Position numbers and translations under genes: made by a program
Source: Pseudomonadota bacterium
GTDB taxonomy: Bacteria; Chloroflexota; Ktedonobacteria; Ktedonobacterales; JADMIN01
Direction: 5' to 3'
DNA: 64,000 nucleotides
Assembly (NCBI GenBank): GCA_021324535.1
Contig: JAJPIU010000026.1
Span: forward strand, 14,093 to 78,092
Notes under the pieces: generated by a model
The model's input: only the letters and a program-made list of their open reading frames with translations
The model's database searches: none
Told to the model about the DNA's origin: nothing
Shown: positions 17,863-24,980 of the stretch, piece by piece
How positions within the stretch are numbered: the first letter of the stretch is position 1
Layout of the letters: each line of letters opens with the position of its first letter

Positions 17863-18870
17863 ATGGGTATCAGCGATTTTACCGCGCCGCTCATCGATCC
17901 AATGCAGGGCGCGCAAAGCATTCTGAGCGATCTCGTGGGAGCGCATCGCAACGCTAACGACGAACTCAATGCGCTGATGAGCGAGTTGATAGATGGCGGT
18001 GGCGTCGAACAATTTCTTGGAACCGCAGCAGATGCGTTTGGCTCGGCGATCAATCAGCTCACCTCGCTCTCGGAGCAGCGCATGGGGGTATTTGATCAGA
18101 TCATCGGCGGGTTGGGATCATGCGCGGATGGCGCCTCGTCGGCGGTGGATAGCGTGCTGGGGGCCGGGCTTGACGAGGGGTTGCTGGGACGGCTGCTCGA
18201 ACACTTCGATCTGATTGATGTGATCCTGAACGGCGAGAGCGTCGTGCAGGCGGCGATCAGCGCGTTGGAACAGACGCTGATGGATGAGATCAGCAATCCC
18301 CTGGCGCTGCTGAGCGATCTGGTCAGCGCGGTGGCCGATATGTTGGGCGGCCTGCCAATCACCATGATAGAATGGGCCAGCGAGATTTATTCGGTGGCGC
18401 AGGAGGTCATGCAGGTCATCAACATGGTGTCGCAGGTGTTCAGCATGCTCAGCGATATTGGCAATCCCATTCAAGACCTTTTTGGCGCGCTGCCAGGCTT
18501 CGCCAACCTGCTACCGACCGGCGGCATCATGGGGGTAATTCTGAGCGTTGGCGACGGGGCGATTGGGGTGATCGAAGGAGCGGCCACCGACGCCGCCAGC
18601 CTGTTTGGAGGCGCAGCCAACGAGTTCGCCTCAGTACTTGAGGGCGCAGGCATGGGCGTGGTCAGCGATCTCGGCAGTATTGGGAACGATGTGCTCAGCG
18701 GAATCAGCGGGCTTGGCGACGCGCTCGATACCATCGCCGGGGGGGTCCTCAACGACCTGGGGAGTAATCCGCTGAACCCGCTCTCAGCCATCCCTATGCC
18801 CGGCAATCTGCTGAACGATGCGCTCGGCTCGATCCCTTCGATTGGCGACGCGCTTGGCAGTATCTTTTAG
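17863..18870 (+). CDS. 335-aa putative T7SS substrate: WXG100/PPE-like helical N-domain plus Gly/Leu/Asp-rich C-terminal region
   Basis: SD GAGGAGGAA lies before ATG 17863. The N-terminal helical region has EQFLGTAADAF (F-x-G in place of W-x-G). The C-terminal 150 aa or so consists of degenerate G-x-hydrophobic/Asp repeats (GGIMGVILSVGDGAIGVIEGAATDAASLFGGAANEF...GDALGSIF). Confidence 0.5.
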   Translation: MGISDFTAPLIDPMQGAQSILSDLVGAHRNANDELNALMSELIDGGGVEQFLGTAADAFGSAINQLTSLSEQRMGVFDQIIGGLGSCADGASSAVDSVLGAGLDEGLLGRLLEHFDLIDVILNGESVVQAAISALEQTLMDEISNPLALLSDLVSAVADMLGGLPITMIEWASEIYSVAQEVMQVINMVSQVFSMLSDIGNPIQDLFGALPGFANLLPTGGIMGVILSVGDGAIGVIEGAATDAASLFGGAANEFASVLEGAGMGVVSDLGSIGNDVLSGISGLGDALDTIAGGVLNDLGSNPLNPLSAIPMPGNLLNDALGSIPSIGDALGSIF

Positions 18871-18888
18871 CCACACTTTTAGCCACAC
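18865..18888 (+). repeat. 12-bp tandem repeat x2 (TTTTAGCCACAC) spanning the stop codon of the 335-aa gene
   Basis: ttttagccacac ttttagccacac. The first unit contains the stop TAG 18868-18870. Confidence 0.9.
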
Positions 18889-18909
18889 GTTCACTCGGAG
18901 GCAAAGCGT

Positions 18910-19827
18910 ATGTCTTCAAGTATGTCTCCCTCGCCGACGGCGGCTCAGACAGCCGCAACCAACACGGCCACGCCCGTGCATATCCAGTTCGCGCTCAGCC
19001 GTGATGAACTCTATGTGCTGGCGCGTGCGCTGAAGATCACACGGCTGCCGGGGTTTGATATGGCCTGGGCGCAGGCCCAGCCCGACGGCTCCGTGCCGCA
19101 TGAGATCGAGCGAAAGCTGCAAGGCGCAACCGACGCGCTAATGGCCCGTGGCTATCTCAAGTTACAGCCAGCGCAACAGCCTGGCCAGCCGCCACGGCTA
19201 CACGTCCCCTCGGCGATCATCTCCACTCTTGGCGCGTGCGCGTTCAGCCGCTATACCGTGCTACTGACGTTGTGCCGCCCGAAGGGCGTGTTACAAATCT
19301 ATCTCGGACAGTACCGCGAGGTGGGCGTCGCGCATAGCATCCCTACGCCAGAGGTACACGTTTTCGAGGCGCTTCGTGGGCGGCCTGGGATTGACGCCGC
19401 GCTGACGACACAACTGACGCTCGTCAACCAGCCGGACATGAACCTGGCGGGGGGAACGTTGACGCTTGCCCAGTTGAAACAAGGACGCGAGGCAGCCACC
19501 GCAGGGCGTGCGGAGGCAGCGACGACGCTGTTTATCAGTGGGGGATTGCCTGTCGCCACGGCGCAGGCGTTCAGCGCCGCCCTGCGTGACGCCACCGCAC
19601 GCGGCACAATCGCCATCGCCGGGCGGCTTGCGAATGGGCAGGAGGTAAATACCAACGCCGCTGTGATCATCTCATCCACAGCCTGTTTTTTCCTTCCCCA
19701 AAACGCCGCACAATCTGATATAGTAGATGTGCAACCGTCGTCGGCTGGCGCGCTGGGCGCCTGGCTCAAAAATGCGCTCGATCAATTTCCTTCGGTCGCT
19801 GTGCTCTCACCCACCACGCCAGGCTAA
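18910..19827 (+). CDS. EspG-like putative T7SS substrate chaperone
   Basis: SD GGAGGC lies before ATG 18910; the protein is 305 aa. The N-terminal pattern FALSRDELYVLARALKITRLPGF...ERKLQGATDALMARGYL and the overall beta/alpha-like layout match my recollection of the EspG family (ESX secretion-associated protein G). No HMM was run. Confidence 0.45.
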   Translation: MSSSMSPSPTAAQTAATNTATPVHIQFALSRDELYVLARALKITRLPGFDMAWAQAQPDGSVPHEIERKLQGATDALMARGYLKLQPAQQPGQPPRLHVPSAIISTLGACAFSRYTVLLTLCRPKGVLQIYLGQYREVGVAHSIPTPEVHVFEALRGRPGIDAALTTQLTLVNQPDMNLAGGTLTLAQLKQGREAATAGRAEAATTLFISGGLPVATAQAFSAALRDATARGTIAIAGRLANGQEVNTNAAVIISSTACFFLPQNAAQSDIVDVQPSSAGALGAWLKNALDQFPSVAVLSPTTPG

Positions 19828-19893
19828 CCAGGCATTGCGCATGCCTGCTTTTGGCTGAAGTGTAGGGGGTGTTCTCTGAACGGTGAACCGCCA

Positions 19894-20703
19894 TTGGCGC
19901 CGCAGCCTTTTCCGGGCGAACCAATCTGGTCTCAGGGAAATACCCCCTATGCCCCTTCGGGCGAAGTACCGGGGGGATTTGGCTCGTCCGGCGTCTATGG
20001 CGGGTTTGGGCGCAAGGCGCCACCGCCAGGCATTCGGCGCTATGTGGGGCGGTCGCCCCGCGGACTGATGTGGAGTTTGCTCGCGCTGGCGGCGTTGGTG
20101 GTCATCATCGCCAGCGCCGCGCTCTTCGCGCTGGCAAATGCCGACGGCTCAGGCGGCCAGAACAATGGTCGTGACGGGCATGGTGGCTATTTGGCAGGCA
20201 CAAGCACGGCTGGCGACGATACCCCTGGCGCCGGGCTGACCCCTACCCCAACGATAACACCCTCACCGACACCAACGCTCACTCCATCACCCTCGCCGAC
20301 CGCCACGCCGACGCTGAATCCTACCCCAACGGTGACGCCAACACCATCGCCGCCGTGCCTGCTGATTCTACCACCGACGCTGAGCTTCAGCGCCAATATC
20401 GGCAGTGGGAACGATCCTCCCTCGCAGAGCCTTTCCCTGCAAAATTGCAGCAACCAGATCAGCTCGTGGACGGGGAACGCCAGCACAACCGATGGCGCGC
20501 CCTGGCTCAACTTCGCCGGTTCGCCCGATACACAGAACGTCAGCTTCACCATGAATCCCGGCGATACACTCAGGTATGCGATTGACGCGCTGGTGATTGA
20601 AAACAACCTGTCCCCTGGTTCCTACTCAGGGACGCTTACCTTCACATCGTCTGACGGCTCGAAAACGGTGGTCATCAACGTCTCGCTGACCGTCAGCTCC
20701 TGA
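19894..20703 (+). CDS. single-pass membrane protein: P/G/Y-rich cytoplasmic N-terminus, TM, Pro/Thr linker, Ig-like ectodomain
   Basis: TTG start in the ORF track (weak SD). TM is LMWSLLALAALVVIIASAALFAL. The linker is TPTPTITPSPTPTLTPSPSPTATPTLNPTPTVTPTPSP. The C-terminal beta-rich domain spans PPTLSFSANIG...GSYSGTLTFTSSDGSKTVVINVSLTV. Confidence 0.6.
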   Translation: MAPQPFPGEPIWSQGNTPYAPSGEVPGGFGSSGVYGGFGRKAPPPGIRRYVGRSPRGLMWSLLALAALVVIIASAALFALANADGSGGQNNGRDGHGGYLAGTSTAGDDTPGAGLTPTPTITPSPTPTLTPSPSPTATPTLNPTPTVTPTPSPPCLLILPPTLSFSANIGSGNDPPSQSLSLQNCSNQISSWTGNASTTDGAPWLNFAGSPDTQNVSFTMNPGDTLRYAIDALVIENNLSPGSYSGTLTFTSSDGSKTVVINVSLTVSS

Positions 20704-20722
20704 GCATGAAGGGATCGAGGCG

Positions 20723-22096
20723 TCACCCGTTCAGGACGATCTCATTGGTCTTTGTGTCTACGGTGATGGAAAGGGGAGTGAGCGGCGTAGGCGCTGGCCC
20801 TGCCACAACATTTGCCCCCTGCGAAGGATCGAACTCGGCGCCGTGGCACGGACAGATGAGCAATTGGCTACTCGGATCATATTGCACGGTACAACCGGCA
20901 TGGGTGCAGGTGGCGTCGAACGCGACAAACTTTCCCGATTGCAAATGGACAAGCACTCCTGGGTCTTGGTTGCTGGGGATGGTAAATGTGGTGGCGCTGT
21001 TCGTCGGCACGGCGCTGATCTGGGCCAGGGTTGTACTGGAACCGCCGGACGATGCAGTGGATGTGGTCGTTCCGCCGCTTGCCGCGCCTGACGCGCCCGA
21101 TGACCCCGCTGCGCCGACGATGGCGTCGCGTAGCGCGCCGAACAGCCAGAAGACGCCCGCGACTGTCGCGCCACCGGCCACCGCGCCCCAGATGAAGTCG
21201 CGACGGGACTGCTGGGCATAGCGCGGAAGAGCTTGAGCGCGTCGCGCGCTTGCTCGGCGCTGTGAAGTAGAGATGGGTTCTTGCGTATCTCCCAGGCGCA
21301 CTCCCAGCAAAAACGTCGCAATCGTGGCGACCCATTTGCGGCGGTCGCTCCGACGGATACCCGCCAGCCACACTCGCGCGTAGCGCGCTGCCAGCCAGGC
21401 GTCTATTGTAGGCCATGCGGCGCCCTCTGGCCCCGCCAGGAGAATAGGAATCCAGGCGAAGAGAAACACGATGTCGGCCCCATAAAAATAAGGGTAGACA
21501 CGCCAGCTTGCCGAGAGGAAGAAGATAAGGCTGAGTAGCGCGCCAAAGAACGTAGCAGGCCGCATGAGAAAACCAACCAGAACGCCCAACCCGATGGCAA
21601 GTTCGCCATCGGCTACCAGCGCGCCAAAGAGCATCGCATGGGGTACGGCTATCCCAACCAGAAAGCCATGGAGCGGCGACTTCACCGCAAACCCGGCGAT
21701 CTGCTTGCCAATGTAGCCAACAGCATGTGGATTGAAGTATTGCGGATCGGTGAGTTTTTGCAGCCCGGCGTAGATGAACGTCACTGCCAGAAAGAGCCGC
21801 AACGGCGCCAACACCCAGGCAGGGATCGCCGCAAACCAGACTTGCCGCATGCTCTGCCCAAGCGTCGCTGAGGCGGCAGATTGGCTGGGCAGCATGCCTG
21901 TTTCAGGGGAAACCTCTTGGCGCTTCGCCACTTTCAGACTCCCTCCGCTTGTGGTACTCGCGCCTCTCCTGGGCGCAGTTTTGCCCCCCATCGTGGCGGT
22001 TCGCCCCGGCTGGCCGCCAGCGGCGCGCTCCTTGGGGCGTTGTGCTGAATGTATCATGGCGTCGCTTTTCCGCTCATCCTTCCGCTCGTCTGCCAT
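20723..22096 (-). CDS. DoxX/DoxD-like membrane domain fused to a Tat-signal-like segment and a Rieske [2Fe-2S] domain
   Basis: The DoxX-like TM region is LRLFLAVTFIYAGLQKLTDPQYF.... An internal twin-arginine segment is SRRDFIWGAVAGGATVAGVF. The C-terminal Rieske motifs are CTHAGC...CPCHG. Confidence 0.8.
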   Translation of the reverse strand: MADERKDERKSDAMIHSAQRPKERAAGGQPGRTATMGGKTAPRRGASTTSGGSLKVAKRQEVSPETGMLPSQSAASATLGQSMRQVWFAAIPAWVLAPLRLFLAVTFIYAGLQKLTDPQYFNPHAVGYIGKQIAGFAVKSPLHGFLVGIAVPHAMLFGALVADGELAIGLGVLVGFLMRPATFFGALLSLIFFLSASWRVYPYFYGADIVFLFAWIPILLAGPEGAAWPTIDAWLAARYARVWLAGIRRSDRRKWVATIATFLLGVRLGDTQEPISTSQRRASARRAQALPRYAQQSRRDFIWGAVAGGATVAGVFWLFGALRDAIVGAAGSSGASGAASGGTTTSTASSGGSSTTLAQISAVPTNSATTFTIPSNQDPGVLVHLQSGKFVAFDATCTHAGCTVQYDPSSQLLICPCHGAEFDPSQGANVVAGPAPTPLTPLSITVDTKTNEIVLNG

Positions 22097-22244
22097 AGAG
22101 TCTCTTCGTCTCCTATCTCATCCTACAGGACATAGCCTCCGGTAGGTGAGCCTACGCCATTCTACGTAGCGCACGTTCATCATACAGCATACTGGGTGGA
22201 TGTGAGAAAATCATTAAGAAAGGAGAGAGGGCGCTTTCTTTCCC

Positions 22245-23086
22245 ATGCCTCATACCCATAAGGCAGAGAACTATGCGCCGCAACGTTTGATGAAACATCC
22301 ATTTTTATACGGCGCGCATCACGCCGGGCGTTTCCAGGATCAAAGCGTGGTGGATCGCTATCATCTGCGCCCTGCCTATCCGCCGGAAACCTTCACCGTC
22401 CTCAATGAGTTGATTGCAGACGAGCCGCGCGTCATCCTCGATCTGGGCTGTGGGACGGGCAATATCGCTCGCCCCCTGGCCGCATATGAGACTGTTGAGC
22501 GCATTGACGCCGTAGACCTTTCGCTGCCGATGATTGAGCGGGGCAAGACGCTGCCGGGCGGCGATTCGCCGAAGATTCGCTGGCGGCATGGACGGGCCGA
22601 AGATGTGGAACTTAATCTGCCCTATGCCCTGGTGACGGCTGGCGAGAGTCTTCACTGGATGACATGGGATGTCGTCCTGCCCCGCCTCGCGCGAGTCCTG
22701 ACACCGCACGGTGTGCTAGCTATTGCCTATATGCACGAAAAGTCTATGCCTTGGAGCATGGGCGCTAAGCGGATCGAGCAGCGGTTCACGACAATCCTGC
22801 CTATCGGCCGTTTGATTGGATCTCCACATTGGAGCAAGCAGGCTTGTTCCAACGATTGGGCAAGCGTGAGACCGCGCCGGTGGTTGTCAAACAAGCGGTT
22901 GAGGACTACATCGCGGGCCAGCATGCGCGCAGCACGCTTTCGCTTGACACCATGACCGCCGAGCAGGCAACGCAGTTCGATAGGGAAATGCAGGCGCTTC
23001 TTTTCCCATTCGCGCAGGATGGCCTGCTCACCTACAGTGTGACCGGCGGGATCACCTGGGGCAAACCCCAAAGCGGCGAAAAATGA
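22245..23086 (+). pseudogene. class I SAM-dependent methyltransferase interrupted by a frameshift near 22790
   Basis: Frame 1 (22245-) has the SAM motif VILDLGCGTGN and reads sensibly to ...KRIEQRFTT, then turns into an Arg-rich nonsense tail. The +2 frame (open from 22769, ORF 22829-23086) continues sensibly: NPAYRPFDWISTLEQAGLFQRLGKRETAPVVVKQAVEDYIAGQHARSTLSLDTM.... A 1-nt indel near 22788-22795 explains this. Confidence 0.6.
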
Positions 23087-23114
23087 GACAACGAGACAAC
23101 GAGACAATGAGACC
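23085..23114 (+). repeat. 8-bp tandem repeat x3.75 (GAGACAAC) between the methyltransferase and hydrolase genes
   Basis: gagacaac gagacaac gagacaat gagacc. It starts inside the stop TGA 23084-23086 and ends 27 nt before ATG 23141. Confidence 0.9.
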
Positions 23115-23140
23115 ATAAAATTGCCAGGAGCAAGCAAGAA

Positions 23141-23851
23141 ATGCCATATATTCAAGCCAACGACATACAGGTGTACTACGAGATACATGGCGAAGGCGAG
23201 CCGCTGGCGCTGATCACCGGCCTGGGCAGCGACATCTCAGAGATGGAGTGGGACGCCATCATTCGCTCACTGGCGCAACGCTATCAGGTGATCGCCTTTG
23301 ACAATCGCGGAGCGGGCCGCACCGATAAGCCGGATCAGCCCTATACTATCGAGATGATGGCAAACGATGCCAATGAACTGTTGCGGGCGCTTGGCGCCGA
23401 GCGAGCCAACATTCTTGGCGTCTCGCTGGGTGGGCGTATTGCGCTGACGCTGGCTATCGAGCATCCAGAACGGGTGGAACGATTGATACTTGTCTCCACC
23501 TCCGCGCGGTTGACCAAACGGCCCTGGTGGTTTGGCCCGCTTAGCCTGCTCTCGAGCGGCCCCTTCTTCAGAAGCCCCTATCCGCAGCCACGCCACGCCT
23601 TTCGATGGCAGCTTCAAGCGTCGTCCGGCTTCAATTGCACTGATAAACTGGGCGCCATACATGCCCCCACGCTCATCCTGCACGGAAGAAACGACAAGCT
23701 CGCGCCAGCCGCGCTGGCCGAAGAAATGCACAACGGCATACCTGGCTCACAGCTGCGCTGGTTTACGGGAGGGCACATCTTCTTTTTCTTCAGGGAACGC
23801 CAGCAATTTCTTGAGGCGGTTGAGGCGTTTTTAGGAACACAGAATGAATAA
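23141..23851 (+). CDS. alpha/beta-fold hydrolase
   Basis: The oxyanion-hole region is HGEGEPLALITGLG. The nucleophile elbow is GVSLGG (GxSxG). A C-terminal His region is FTGGHIFFF. Confidence 0.85.
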   Translation: MPYIQANDIQVYYEIHGEGEPLALITGLGSDISEMEWDAIIRSLAQRYQVIAFDNRGAGRTDKPDQPYTIEMMANDANELLRALGAERANILGVSLGGRIALTLAIEHPERVERLILVSTSARLTKRPWWFGPLSLLSSGPFFRSPYPQPRHAFRWQLQASSGFNCTDKLGAIHAPTLILHGRNDKLAPAALAEEMHNGIPGSQLRWFTGGHIFFFFRERQQFLEAVEAFLGTQNE

Positions 23852-24848
23852 TAATTCAGTGAACCACAAGCATGCTCAAGATGCGCGATACATGGCGCTG
23901 GCTGGCGCATGCACATTTGGCGAGGCGCTCACGCTGGCAAGCGCATGGCTGCGCGAAGCGTTGCTGGCGCGCCATAGAACTCCCACCGAAGCAACGAGCG
24001 CCGAAGACGAACAGGCGCAAGAGAACGATTGGGGTGAGACGCCCGACCTCGACGCGCAGGTGTTGCTGGCGCATGTCGCCAGGGTGGCGCGCTTCGCTAC
24101 CCTGGCCTACCCTGAGCGGCTGCTCTCGCCGGAGCAGGCGGCAAGCTATGCCGAGCTTGTCAAGCGCCGCGCTGCCCGTGAGCCGATAGCCTATCTGATC
24201 GGTCATCAGGAGTTCATGGGACTTGACTTTCTCGTGGATCACCGCGTCTTGATCCCTAGGCCGGAGACTGAACTGCTGGCCGAGGCGACTCTCAACGAGG
24301 TTCGCAGCCGTTTGGATGTAGGGAAGGCTGGCGCAAAGCCGCCAGTTGTCGCCGATATTGGCACGGGCAGCGGCGCGCTGGCGCTCGCGTTGGCTGCGCT
24401 GGAACCACGCCTGCCGCGCGTCTACGCCACCGACATCTCGGCGGATGCGCTGGCCCTTGCGCGCGAAAACGCGGAGCGGCTTGGCGTCGCTCAGCGTGTA
24501 GTCTTCCTGCAGGGCGATCTGCTGGCTCCCCTGCCTGAGCGCGTGGATGTCTTGCTCGCCAATCTGCCCTATGTGTCCCCACGCGACGCCACGGCGCTAC
24601 CTCCAGATGTGGGAAGATACGAACCTGCCCTTGCGCTCTATGGCGCCGACGATGGGTTGGGCCATCTGCGGCGGTTGTTTGCCCAGGCGCCCAGTCATGT
24701 AAACGCCGACGCATCGCTCTACCTTGAGTTTGGCTACGACCAGCGCGCCGCCGTTGAGGCGCTGGCAAAAGCGACCTTCCCGGATGCGCGGCTGCGGGTG
24801 GTGGCTGACTACGCCGGATGGGATCGCTTCATCGAGATTGCGTTGTAG
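23844..24848 (+). CDS. prmC: release factor glutamine-N5 methyltransferase PrmC/HemK
   Basis: EPIAYLIGHQEFMGLDFLVDHRVLIPRPETE, the SAM motif VADIGTGSGALAL, and the substrate motif ANLPYV (NPPY-type) are present. The N-terminal extension makes the start uncertain. It overlaps the upstream gene by 8 nt. Confidence 0.85.
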   Translation: MNNNSVNHKHAQDARYMALAGACTFGEALTLASAWLREALLARHRTPTEATSAEDEQAQENDWGETPDLDAQVLLAHVARVARFATLAYPERLLSPEQAASYAELVKRRAAREPIAYLIGHQEFMGLDFLVDHRVLIPRPETELLAEATLNEVRSRLDVGKAGAKPPVVADIGTGSGALALALAALEPRLPRVYATDISADALALARENAERLGVAQRVVFLQGDLLAPLPERVDVLLANLPYVSPRDATALPPDVGRYEPALALYGADDGLGHLRRLFAQAPSHVNADASLYLEFGYDQRAAVEALAKATFPDARLRVVADYAGWDRFIEIAL

Positions 24849-24980
24849 GCGCATCTGGGGGTAGGGTGAAAGTCCCGTTTCATGCGTCTCTCATCAAAAT
24901 TGCGTATGATAGCACCAGTTTGGCGGATGTGTTTGTACGCCAAGCATGCAGCAGACAGGGAGCCAAGGAGGGAAAGCAGA

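Noticed and set aside
16935-20703. Calling this a complete type VII secretion system.
   Set aside because: Only substrate- and chaperone-like genes are present. No FtsK/SpoIIIE-type EccC/EssC, EccB/EccD-like membrane components or mycosin is visible anywhere in the 64 kb.
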